A stretch of DNA of 64,000 nucleotides from Octopus bimaculoides (Eukaryota), in contig NC_068984.1 of NCBI RefSeq assembly GCF_001194135.2, positions 28,345,164-28,409,163 on the forward strand, written 5' to 3'. The first letter of the stretch is position 1. Every line of letters begins with the position of its first letter. The notes beneath the pieces were generated by a model. The model was not told the DNA's origin and searched no databases. It saw nothing but the letters and a program-made list of their open reading frames with translations. Positions 53,140 through 64,000 of the stretch are shown in pieces. A program made the position numbers and the translations under genes.

Positions 53140-53470
53140 GGATTGGCAAAATCGTTAGACCAGCTGACAAAATACCTTGCAATATTTATCATGTCTCTTT
53201 ATATTCTGAGTTCACAACCTGCCAAAGTCAATTTTGCTTATCTTTCTAGGGTTGACACAATAAAGTGCCAGTCAAGTACTGGGGCTGATATTAGTAACAG
53301 TTCCAGTAGAATTGGCAGAATTGTTACGATGCCAGAAAAAAAATGCTTAATGGCATTTCTTCAGAATTTACATTCTGAGTTCAAATGCCACCAGGGTCAA
53401 CTTTACCTTTCATCTTATCGAGGTCAATAAAATAAGTACCAGTTGAACATTGGGGTTGATGTAATTGACA
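53140..53470 (+). mobile_element. two tandem SINE family B copies
   Basis: ttggcaaaatcgttag.. at about 53142 and ttggcagaattgttacg.. at about 53311, each with ctgagttca and aaataaag/aagtacc motifs. Confidence 0.7.
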
Positions 53471-53479
53471 TATCTCATC

Positions 53480-53700
53480 ATCATTATCATTTAATGTCCA
53501 TTGTCCGTGCTGGCATGGGTTGGACAGTTTGACCGGGCTGGCACACTGGGAGGCTGTACCAAATTCCTGTCTGATTTGGCATGGTTTTCTATGGCTGGAT
53601 GACCTTCCTAATACCAACCATTCTGAGAGTGTAATGGATGCTTTTACGTGCCACCGGCATGGGTGCCATTTGCATGACATTGGGGTGTGTTTACATGCCA
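53480..53700 (-). mobile_element. RTE-type 3' fragment, diverged
   Basis: catcatttaatgtccattgtccgtgctggcatgggttggac...gcttttacgtgccaccggca. Confidence 0.7.
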
Positions 53701-53771
53701 TTCACCTCAGTATTTAGGTAAAATATTTAGGCCAATTTACATGACACTGATATCTTACACGACTGATTTTA

Positions 53772-53899
53772 CTCAGCTTGATGGGTCTTCTTCTCAATGC
53801 TCAGCTTGATGGGTTTTCTCAATGCTTGGCTTCATAGGTCTTCTTCTCAATGCTCGGCCTATAGGTCTTCTTCTCAATGCTCAGCTTGATGAGTCTTCC
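53772..53899. repeat. about 27-28-bp tandem repeat, about 5 degenerate copies
   Basis: Unit ctcagcttgatgggtcttcttctcaatg. Confidence 0.85.
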
Positions 53900-53951
53900 T
53901 CCCTCAAAATTGCAGGCCTTGAGCAAAAATTTGAAACCAATATGACTTTAA

Positions 53952-54171
53952 CTCTTTAGTGTTCAGATTATTCTGTTAAATGTATTCCTTATCTATTTCA
54001 TTGTTTTTGAATTACTCATGCATTATCTCATGGCTTCAAGATTTTGATGCTGTGGTAGCTTATGTTTAGATTGATATTGTTGAATAAGTGTGAGAAACCA
54101 AATCTGGTCAACTTGAACATAAAGCTGGTAGGCTATTTTGGTCTGATATGACAGGTTTATATGCTAAAGGG
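53952..54171. mobile_element. second piggyBac-type MITE
   Basis: TTAA-CTCTTTAGTG ... ATGCTAAAGGG-TTAA; imperfect TIRs, TTAA at 53948-53951 and 54172-54175. Confidence 0.6.
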
Positions 54172-54175
54172 TTAA

Positions 54176-54385
54176 GGTGGTGAGCTGGCAGAATCATTAA
54201 CATGCCACACAAAATGCTTAGTGGCATTTTATCTGTTTTTACATTCTTGAGTTCAAATTCCATCAAGGAAAACTTGCCCTTTCATCCTTTCAAGATTGAT
54301 ACAATAAGTATCAACCAAACACTAGGGTCAACGTAATCGACTTTACTCCTATCCCAAACCTGCTGGCCTTTTGCCAAAAATTTTA
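54176..54385 (+). mobile_element. SINE family B
   Basis: ggtggtgagctggcagaatcattaac...gagttcaaattcc. Confidence 0.8.
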
Positions 54386-55304
54386 AACTGGTTTTAGTGG
54401 CAGCTCCCCCCCCCCCACTCAGTTGTGGCTAAGATGACATTATTTGCCTTCAGATCAACCCTAATCAAGTTGATGCATAAGACATTCTTGCCAGATAGTT
54501 TGTATTTAGGAATATATTGTTCAACATGTCCTTCTTTTCTGATTTAAAAGAACGTCCACATAGAGATTCTCTCATTTTGTTATTGTTTAGTGAAGTAGAA
54601 AAATCATACATTCACCTCAATATTCAGGTAAAAATGTTAATAGATTTTCAGCAAGTTTCCCAAATGTAGATTGAACTCTATCTCCACATTGTTTATCCCA
54701 ATACCTCATGTATTGTAGTAACATTGCATTCAGCTTTATCTACTCTCTCAAGTACTTCCATCCTGTCTATAAACTAATAATCAATCACTTAGCTACACCA
54801 AATATTGTATACTACATATTTATGTACAGCATGACTTGCTGAGTATATGATTAACTAGAATCCTATTAAATCTCAGGCTTTCAGTATAACTGACTTTGCA
54901 CCAAAGGCAGAGGTCTGATATCTATGTGATTAGAATATCTGATTCATGGTTTATGTATTGTTGATGTATGCATCTACTGAAAGAGTTGCAATTTGTCTTT
55001 GTAAACTAATAATTTATTGTAGTTGTATCCCTTTAGCTGGGTCTCTGATTGGGCAAGTATTGTTAAAAATGTATGACTACACCTTCAGTTTACAAATACC
55101 ATCATTAACTACCATATATATCAACCATAGAGTGTTCAAGAAACAAATCAATTAACTAACAAGCCATCTTCATATGAAATATTTTCTGATTATTTTGTCA
55201 TCTCTATGTTAGTTATGTTTTAATTTTTATATGTAGCCAGTCATCTACTTCATTTTTATATTACAAATCTTGGTTTGTTTTGTTCCATAATCCTTATTAA
55301 AGAT

Positions 55305-55388
55305 TCAGTAGCTCTTAGTGTTGCTTTCTTCATCCTCATTATCAGAGACATGTTTTATCTTTTGATGTCCTTTGTTTCCTCTTGTATT
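55305..55388 (-). CDS. candidate terminal coding exon (NTRGNKGHQKIKHVSDNEDEESNTKSY*), gene unknown
   Basis: Minus-strand acceptor gttttcctttatgtaaaaattcatag; phase-0 frame open for 27 codons to TGA. Confidence 0.3.
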   Translation of the reverse strand, partial: NTRGNKGHQKIKHVSDNEDEESNTKSY

Positions 55389-55434
55389 CTATGAATTTTT
55401 ACATAAAGGAAAACATGAGAGAATTGGTGACATA

Positions 55435-55436
55435 TC

Positions 55437-55468
<32 letters not shown>

Positions 55469-55582
55469 CATCATTACTGCCATCACTTCCACCATCAGCA
55501 ACAACAACAACAACATTACCAACACCACCATCACCACCACCACCATCACCACCACTACCATCCTCATCATCACTATCATCGT
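55435..55582. repeat. compound CAT/CAC/CAA trinucleotide microsatellite
   Basis: Direct inspection. Confidence 0.95.
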
Positions 55583-55809
55583 GATTTTATGTACAGTTTT
55601 CCACCGAAATGGGCTGGTTGGGGCATCAAAGATTAATTCAAAACAACAAACCCATGTGGTGATTCTACTTACTAGAAATATCACCCAAATCTCTCCCTCA
55701 GACCATGTTCTACTATCTTAAAAAACAGAGACATTGGATAATATATTCCAAGATAGATATTATCAGGAAAAGAAAATACTGGGAAATGTATAAATATATA
55801 TCTATATGG

Positions 55810-55990
55810 TTGCACGTAAAAGCACCCACTACACTCTCAGAGTGGTTGGCGTTAGGAAGGGCATCCAGCTGTAGAAACTCTGCCAAATCAGATTGGAGCG
55901 TGGTGTAGCCATCTGGTTCACCAGTCCTCAGTCAAATCGTCCAACCCATGCTAGCATGGAAAGCGGACGTTAAACGATGATGATGATGAC
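55810..55990 (+). mobile_element. RTE-type LINE 3' end fragment
   Basis: cacgtaaaagcacccactacactctcagagtgg...ggaaagcggacgttaaacgatgatgatgatga. Confidence 0.88.
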
Positions 55991-56621
55991 TACTGACAAC
56001 AGAAAGGTATCAAGCTATAGAAAATTTGTGATGATGATGATGATGATTAAAAAAATATTAATAAAGATCCCAAGGTTAAATTGAAAAATTACAGATTAGC
56101 CTTATGTCATCTCTAATCAAGCAGAACTATATTCAAAAGTGTTTCATATAAAGTTCCATTTCTTTTTAGAGCTATATTATCCAGCACGCCATTCTTTTTT
56201 TCATAATAAGGTGTTTTTTAAGAGAAATTTGATAGCTACTTCTTTGAGGTTAAGTGACTGAGTATGGATCCTTAGCATCCTTGATTTCTCTGTAGAATAC
56301 ACAGTTGGTTTCAGTGATTTCCTGTTTAATTCTTTATGTCAGTAGTATACAAGTTCTCTTATTTTGGGGCTAAAATTATGGCCATGATTGCAGAGTATGA
56401 AGAGCACAGGTGACTAATGTCTTATGTTCTTGCAGATAAATAAAACAGAGACTACTGCCGCATGTATTCAAAGCAGTATGCACTTGAGTTGACAAAAGGC
56501 AATAAGAACAAATAATTCTAACATGCCTTTTAAGAATGTGATTTAAATATATTCAGATGCTATACATCAAGGTTATTTTCAAAAGTCTAAGCACTTTCTC
56601 AAATTCTTCAGTTCTCTATAT

Positions 56622-57028
56622 GTGCAGGAGTGGCAGTGTGGTAAGTAGGTTGCTTACCAACCACATTGTTCCAGGTTCATTCCAACTGTGTGTCACCTTG
56701 GGCAAGTGTCTTCTACTATAGCCTCGGGCTGACCAAAGCCTTGTGAGTGGATTTGGTAGACGGAAACTGAAAGAAGACCGTCGTATATATGTGTATATAT
56801 ATATATATATATGTGTGTTTGTGTGTCTGTGTTTGTCCCCCCAACATCGCTTGACAACCGATGCCGGTGTGTTTACGTCCCCGTAACTTAGCGGTTCGGC
56901 AAAAGGGACCGATAGAATAAGTACTAGGCATCCAAAGAATAAGTCCTGGGGTCAATTTGCTAGACTAAAGGCGGTGCTCCAACGTGTCCCCAGTCAAATG
57001 ACTGAAACAAGTAAAAGAATAAAAGAGA
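56622..57028 (+). mobile_element. SINE family A, full length, low divergence
   Basis: Complete head, core, microsatellite and tail. Confidence 0.9.
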
Positions 57029-57843
57029 GTATCATTTGCTCGATAAGTAATCAAACCCATGTTTTAATAAATATGTATTTAGATTTGCCAGGCCTTGTTG
57101 ATAAACCACGGAACATTTCATAGCTTAGAACAAGAAACAAACTGAGTCACAATTCTTATTAAAATTACATTAAGAATCACTTATTTTCAAAAGGTTTAAG
57201 CTCAACCACTGTCTCTAATTCATTGTACCTTAGTTATCATTCGATGGATAAGTAAATATAAACAACCCCACCAGATGTTTTAACAAATATGTAATTAGAG
57301 TTACCAAGCCTTATGGTTAAGCCACAAAACTTTTGATAGCATACAGCAAGAAACAAACTCATTAGTTTTGTGTTCTATTAAAATTACATCAGGGATCACT
57401 CACTGCTGAAGTTTGGAAGGTAGTGTTAATTTATGAGGAATTTATATCAAAAGACAAAAATAATTGGTTTAAGCCTTGTTCCAAGCTATCAAATCCTCTG
57501 TGATTTCACCACTGGCATTAATTTTTGCAGTGAGACTAAATATATCATAAACTATCAGTACATATTACTCTCTAACTACCACTGTGCTAGTACTTTGGTT
57601 TTCTTTCATGGAGGCTAAGAAGTTTGTGAAATTGTATTGATATACTTATAAATGATTCTAGAAGATTGAGACATTATTTGATAAATAATCTATTAGTGAC
57701 AACATTGAAGATTTAAGTTAACAATAAACTTAGAAACGTATTATTCACTATGTATTCATATATTAGTGGAAGTATATCTTATATTTATACATTCAGTAAA
57801 AATGATTATTGTTCAGAATTCAGATCACTACTACTACACACAC

Positions 57844-57878
<35 letters not shown>

Positions 57879-58287
57879 NNNNNNNNNNNNNNNNNNNNNN
57901 NNNNNNNNNNNNNNNNNNNNNNNNNNNNNNNNNNNNNNNNNNNNNNNNNNNNNNNNNNNNNNNNNNNNNNNNNNNNNNNNNNNNNNNNNNNNNNNNNNNN
58001 NNNNNNNNNNNNNNNNNNNNNNNNNNNNNNNNNNNNNNNNNNNNNNNNNNNNNNNNNNNNNNNNNNNNNNNNNNNNNNNNNNNNNNNNNNNNNNNNNNNN
58101 NNNNNNNNNNNNNNNNNNNNNNNNNNNNNNNNNNNNNNNNNNNNNNNNNNNNNNNNNNNNNNNNNNNNNNNNNNNNNNNNNNNNNNNNNNNNNNNNNNNN
58201 NNNNNNNNNNNNNNNNNNNNNNNNNNNNNNNNNNNNNNNNNNNNNNNNNNNNNNNNNNNNNNNNNNNNNNNNNNNNNNNNNNNNNNN

Positions 58288-58320
<33 letters not shown>

Positions 58321-58326
58321 TGGTTA

Positions 58327-58505
58327 GGGTGCATAGCCTAGTGGTTAGAGTGTTGTGTTCACAATTTTGAGACTGGAGTTTTAATTCCTGTGCTTAACCT
58401 TGTGTTGTGTTCTTAAGCAAAACTCATAATCTCATATAGCTCTGCAATCACTTCAACACCTGACATGTTGTACGCCATGCACCTGTTCAAGGCAACATCA
58501 TTTTG
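58327..58505 (+). mobile_element. tRNA-derived SINE fragment (family D-like)
   Basis: gggtgcatagcctagtggttagagtg...gttcttaagcaaaac. Confidence 0.6.
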
Positions 58506-58627
58506 AAGTACATATACATAACCACTATAAATAAATCATCTGAGCAAGTTGTTCAACAAGATATTGCAGATTATCTTTCTTGGGGCTACAAAAGACTACA
58601 ATCAACATACATACTTACATACACATA

Positions 58628-59086
58628 TGAGGGAGGAATTGTGAATGAAAAGAGTCGCAGCAAAATTTGTGCCTCACTTATATAGTTGCATATCTAGACA
58701 TGCTCATATATATTTAAATGATAAACTTCTGGAAGTTTTACAGATTTTTACAGTTCCAATGATGGATTGGATCTGTAGTCTTCAAATTAGCTTTCTCCTT
58801 TCTGGTTTAGAGAAGGCCATGATATTTAGGCAGTTCAGGTTTATACCTGTAATTATTGGGGCCCTGAGATAGGTAACACACTGCCTAAATATCATGGCCT
58901 TCTCTAAACCAGAAAGGAGAAAGCTAATTTGAAGACTACAGATCCAATCCATCATTGGAACTGTAAAAATCTGTAAAACTTCCAGAAGTTTATCATTTAA
59001 ATATATATGAGCTTGTCTAGATATGCAACTATATAAGTGAGGCACAAATTTTGCTGCGACTCTTTTCATTCACAATTCCTCCCTCA
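58628..59086. repeat. 207-bp inverted repeat with 45-bp spacer
   Basis: 58628-58834 is the reverse complement of 58880-59086; I found one mismatch. Confidence 0.95.
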
Positions 59087-59549
59087 AAATTCATAGGCAG
59101 GAGCTCCAGGACACACCAGTCATGTCAACAAGTTCATCAATTGTTTGGTGATGGTCCTCCAAGATCAGTTCATGACTTTTCATGATGTTTTCATTTGTTT
59201 GGGAGGTCGACATTCGTTGTGGACAAGGTTGGGCTTCAAGTGACAAGTGACCATTCCCAAAGTGTGGAAACCACTCATAAACTTACATGGAAGTGTCCTT
59301 GTAAGCTGCTTGAAGCATGACAACTGATTTGGCCACCGTTTTCCAGAGCAGTAAACAGAATTTCACTGAAGCATGTTGTTCCTTTGTTTCAACGATCCCA
59401 AAAATCGATGAAGACACACCACCTGGCAGTATGACTTTAGCAGACTGATGCTTGAGGGTTGCATCAAGTGACTTCTAGCAGTAGCTTCCTGAAATACACC
59501 AGGCTTGTCCCACAGAAGACGTTTCTAATCACTTTTGGGTATCCCCCTG
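59034..59549 (-). mobile_element. mariner (Tc1/mariner) element, 5' part, transposase pseudogene
   Basis: Single frame 59396-59034 with three stops: EQHASVKFCLLLWKT..VYEWF..STSQTNENI..LILED..TIDEL..ILREEL*MKRVAAKFVPHL; TIR-like CAGGGGGATACCCAAAAGT at the 5' end. Confidence 0.88.
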
Positions 59550-59554
59550 GCTGG

Positions 59555-59592
<38 letters not shown>

Positions 59593-59959
59593 ATTACCAA
59601 CACGGTCACTACTACTACTACAACCAATAAAAAATGCTCCCACGTGGACTATTGACATCAGTAAGGAACAATTATGAACTTTTCATTTAATTTCACTTTT
59701 TAAAATATGTATTTTTGATAAGGTTCGTTTTTACAAGAACCGAAACATGTTAAAATTATCTCTAACAAAATTATAAATTAAAATTCAGTTTTTATATATT
59801 GGCGTTTTCAAACTTCTTTTTATAAATATATACATATATAAATACATATAGAATTACTCACTCAGTCAGGGTCAGTTTGAACCTATCTGATATCAGTATC
59901 TTAATAACAGCAAAATATCTTTAACTAAGTTTCTAATTTTGCTTGTCCACCTTCAGATA

Positions 59960-60330
59960 CTGGCATGGCTGTGTGGTTAAGCTCACTTTGCAATCACATT
60001 ACTTCAGGATCAGTTTCAGACCGCAGCATTTTGAGCAAGTGTGCCCTGGGCCAACCAATGTTTTGTGAGTGGATTCGATAGACAGAAACTGAAATAATCT
60101 TGTCGTGTGTGTGTGTGTGTGTGTATGATTGTCACCTTTCTGTCACCTCCACTTGACAAACAGTACTGGTTTGTTTACACATCCGAAACCTAGCAACTCA
60201 GCAAAAAAGACCAACAGAATAAGAACTAGACTTGGAAATGAACACTGAGGGTGTTCTGTCTGACTAAAACCCTCCATGGTGGTGCCCCTTCCTGACTGCA
60301 GTCCAATGACTAAAACAAGTAAGAGAAGAA
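59960..60330 (+). mobile_element. SINE family A, diverged
   Basis: tggcatggctgtgtggttaag...gtgagtggattcgatagacagaaactg...gcagtccaatgactaaaacaagtaagag. Confidence 0.7.
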
Positions 60331-61361
60331 AGATTAACTACTCCTCTGCCATATTTATTTCCAAATATCTCAGCTTGATTAGTTATAGTCCATATGTTTT
60401 GTGCAATAAATATATAAAATAGAAATGTCAATAATTGAAACAAAAATATGATGCTTACTGCCATACCTGCTTTGGTATGAACAACTATTTCCTTTCACGT
60501 TTTTATGTTTTTCTTCTTATTAATCTTTTTTATTTTATATATTTCATATTTTGTTGCATGGTAATAATTCTGTAATAATTCTTTTCTGGAACGTTGACAT
60601 CAACAAGATCAGTCTGTATTTCAAACATTCTCATATAATCTTCCACATTAATCTAAATATCTGTTGTGTCTAGGGAGAGTCTGAATATTTGCCTATCCAT
60701 TTAACAGAGAAAAAAAAAACATTCTAAAAAAGATAGAGAAGCAATGTTTGAGGAATGCATAGCAGAATTGTCAGAGCATCAGATAAAACCTTTTGTCATT
60801 TTGATTTAATGGTCTTTACATCACAATTCTTCCCAGGTTTTCTTTTTTATCATTCAGTGAGGGGTTTGCTAAAATAAGTAGCAGACAATAAAATCAGTGC
60901 TGACATTATTAGCTTTACCCTAGTTGGCTGTACTTCAGCATGGCCACAATCTAACAAGAGAAACCCATAAAAAATATTAATTGCTGAGGGTTAAATTGAG
61001 AAAATAGGAGCACAACTTACGTTTGACTATTTGTCATTTAGTTCCTGCAAAAGACTTACCTTAATGAAAACTATGAGTATTTTCTATTGACAGAGTTTGT
61101 CATAGTAACGAATTTTTCTTACTGAAAATCATAAGATTCTTCTCTAACATTGCTTTTAATCTTCACACAATGAAATTAAATGCAAATACGAAAGGAACTA
61201 GAATTCGAAACTGCAATTTTGGGACTGTACAAGCATGCAAACTAATAACAGTAAATATTTTATATAAACTGTGCTGCTAACACATCAATAAAGTATTTGT
61301 CAGGTGTTAGAATAAAAGCCTTTTAATGAACAACTATTCTTCCATTCTTGCATACTTCCAG

Positions 61362-61385
61362 TTTTTACCTGGTTGAGTAACTCAG
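61362..61385 (+). other. candidate 24-nt microexon
   Basis: Acceptor ttcttccattcttgcatacttccag, donor CAG|GTAAGG; the phase-1 frame is open (xFTWLSNSx). Confidence 0.3.
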
Positions 61386-63046
61386 GTAAGGACATCTTTA
61401 TACAACTGTGCATATGCAGGTGCAATATATTGATCAAAGAGCAGATGAAATGTTCTCAGCAAGTTCTTCATTAACTGTTTGCAAAATTATATAATATCAG
61501 AGTGCAAATAAAAATCTTATATCTAATATTTAGTATTTTTGAAATAAAATTTCATGGAATTTGGTTTTATTTTGAAGCTGTTTTAAATGTGGTACAAGAA
61601 TTTTATGGCTGCAATATGCAGTTATTTTGAATTTTTAATATCAGAAGCATCATGCATAGTTTTCAATAGAATGCATTAAGAACTAAAGAAAACAAAAATA
61701 AAATAAATACAACAATAACAAAGGAATCGTTATGGAATCATGTAAAATCTTAATTTTACCAACATTGAAAAGGAACATGACTTGTTTTATTATGTCCCAG
61801 AAGGTTGTCGCTTTGGGGAATGTGTAGGAATGTCTAGTGCATTCGATACATTTTGAAGGACGTCAGTAAGCTTTTGGTGTTGCTGATTAGTCCCAGAATT
61901 AGTCCCCTAGTTCAGTAGACCAATGATCACTGACGTTCCACTTGTGACCATCCCATCTTTTATATGTTCTTCCTGATTAAATCAGAGGTTTGATTTGAGA
62001 GGAATTTTGCATCTATTTCTAGTAGATTGAGTCTAGAGGCTTCCTTGTTAGCTTATTTTTAGGTGAGATTTAACATTTGATGATTATCAAACAATTTTAA
62101 GTCTTTTAATTAAATTTCCTTTATTTCAATGTTGCTGTTTTACTATTTTATAAAGCAATACAAATGAAATCCTAATCATGTAATCTTCATAGTTCTGTTT
62201 TCAACTTGAATATTTATTTTACTATTTTATTTTGGACACAATGGTTGTGCTGACATATCAGTTCATAATGCATGTGATGCACGTGACACTATACTGACCA
62301 ATTTGAAAATTGATTGCTTCATATTCCAGTAAATCTGTCAGCTAACCATGAGAAGCTATCAATCTGAATGTTTTATATATGGTCACATATTCAAGTTTAT
62401 TAACACCATGGTGTAAATTCTCTACTAGATAAGTTTAACTAGTTTTAAGTAATATACATAACTTTACAGTTGAATTGTAATCTATCATTGAACACCTGCT
62501 ACCCAATAAGACTTCTATACAATATAGATTCCCATCAAACATACGGAACAATGCATATGTTCATATACTTCTCTCTTCTCTTATTTCTCTTGCACAGTCA
62601 AATCTATTGACTTTTTATGGTTAGGCTGATGACCAATTGGGATTGATTGAATCATTTTGAGTTCATTGTCTGTATTTAGTTTCATGCTATCTTAGAATAA
62701 TAATCAATATAAAGTCTAGTCTGATGCTCCTCTTTCCATCAATTCCACCAATTTCACTAAATGAAGTATTAAAATTAAATGAAATTGGTAAACTCTGTCT
62801 AATGAACACACACGTAACTTCCTAACACTATTTGATATATTACAAAAATGAATACCTCCCGCTCCATTCATGGTGGGAATAGGTGGGTAGTAAAGAAACT
62901 CACTTTCAGAAAGTATGATCTGAAATTTGGTTTGTTTCACTCTGTAGCATCTTCGTCTTCTGATATAGACTCTGGCCTATTAATGTTTTGAGAGTAAAAT
63001 CAACAATGAGAAATGGTGCACAAACGTGCATACACACACTACACAC

Positions 63047-63103
<57 letters not shown>

Positions 63104-63249
63104 TCACACACACACATATATATACATATATATACAGTATGTATATACATTCTTTTATTCATCAATTCTTTTACTTGTTTCAGCCATTTGACTGCAGCCA
63201 TGCTGGAGCACCACCTTAAGGGGTTTGAGTAGAACAAATTGACTCCAGT

Positions 63250-64000
63250 ACATTATTTACATGAGACAGATATTTGTCCTCATCTTGTTTGTTGTTAACA
63301 CAACATTTCGGCTGATATACCCTCCAACATTCATCAGGTGTCTTGGGGAAATTTTGAACACACACACACACACACATGCTTATATATATATTTATCTAAA
63401 TCTTGCATGACTCTATTCTTTTATTCTTTCCTTCTTTCTATCAGCCCTTTCACGCTTACTTCGTTCATTCTGCTCTTCATTCTTTCGTTCCCCCACTCTC
63501 ACATTTCCTTGTTTTCTCTTCATGCTCACTTCACTGTGTCCCTGTCATTTTTTCTCACCTCTCCTTATTTCTTTTGTCCCTCTACCTCTCTCTCTCTTCT
63601 CTCCCCACATGACCAGTGTTCAGCCAAGCCTGATCTTTCTTTCTTGGTTCGGCCGTCATCTGTGCAACATCTATATTCCTCCCTGTGCCTGTGAAATCTT
63701 GTATTCCTGCCATAAGGCTTTATTTCCACACACGCCAGCTTAATTTAATTCATCCTTAGTCAAAAGACACCTGTTGTTATGTCCTGTTATGTCCTTGTTT
63801 TCGTATACATTCGCTGCTTTCTTCTAAGGAATCTAATGCTCTTAGCTTAGTTTTTCCTTGGGGCTGGCCAGACTGGAGCAATCTCAAGTATAACCAGCCG
63901 AAATTGCAAAGATAATCTGGAACTCGACTGAGGATAGAAGACTCCGAATGACCCGTCCTTGTTTTCTTTGTATCGTCTATCTTGGATGTTTTGTTGTCCC
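63250..64000 (-). mobile_element. Penelope-like element relic (continues past the window end)
   Basis: Minus-strand translation RNTRFHRHREEY..DGRTKKERSGLAEHW resembles the R-xx-EH...KS-x-(L/V)AEH-x-W segment of GIY-YIG endonucleases; hammerhead motif lies 3' of it. Confidence 0.55.
63297..63342 (-). ncRNA. minimal type I hammerhead-like motif at the 3' end of a Penelope-like relic
   Basis: GACAC-CUGAUGA-A-UGUUG-GAGGGUAUAU-CAGCC-GAAA-UG-UU-GUGUU; core intact, stems partly wobbled, N17 = U. Confidence 0.6.

Noticed and set aside
55355-55684. Poly-His/poly-Gln/poly-Ser ORFs
   Set aside because: These are translations of a CAT/CAC/CAA microsatellite, open in several frames on both strands.
58645-59069. 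Two paralogous genes beginning MKRVAAKFVPHL
   Set aside because: They are the two arms of the inverted repeat; only the first 12 residues are mariner-derived.
60455-60692. Minus-strand exon with strong acceptor and donor
   Set aside because: No frame is open across it, although a short stretch (INVEDYMRMFEIQTDLVDV) looks protein-like.

Overview
AT-rich, gapped eukaryotic genomic DNA. The microsatellite load (TA, CA, CAT, TAA) and the SINE/LINE families point to a cephalopod, probably Octopus; this is an inference, not a database result. No host protein-coding gene can be named. Nearly all long entries in the ORF track are N-gap or microsatellite artefacts. The window is dominated by mobile-element remnants: at least four tRNA-type SINE families, 3' ends plus RT and endonuclease fragments of an apparently young RTE-type LINE, R4/Dong-type LINE fragments with a restriction-like endonuclease, CR1/Jockey-group LINE relics, a Gypsy-type gag-protease pseudogene, a mariner transposase relic, two TTAA-flanked piggyBac-type MITEs and a Penelope-like relic. 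The main unexplained signal is a set of six type I hammerhead-ribozyme-like motifs: one near-intact with a long stem II (22731-22849) and five degenerate, two of the six preceded by an inverted copy of their own 5' half. Also notable are a frameshifted Myb/SANT-like ORF (21161-21705), a 207-bp near-perfect foldback (58628-59086), three promoter-like motif clusters and several isolated low-confidence exon candidates.
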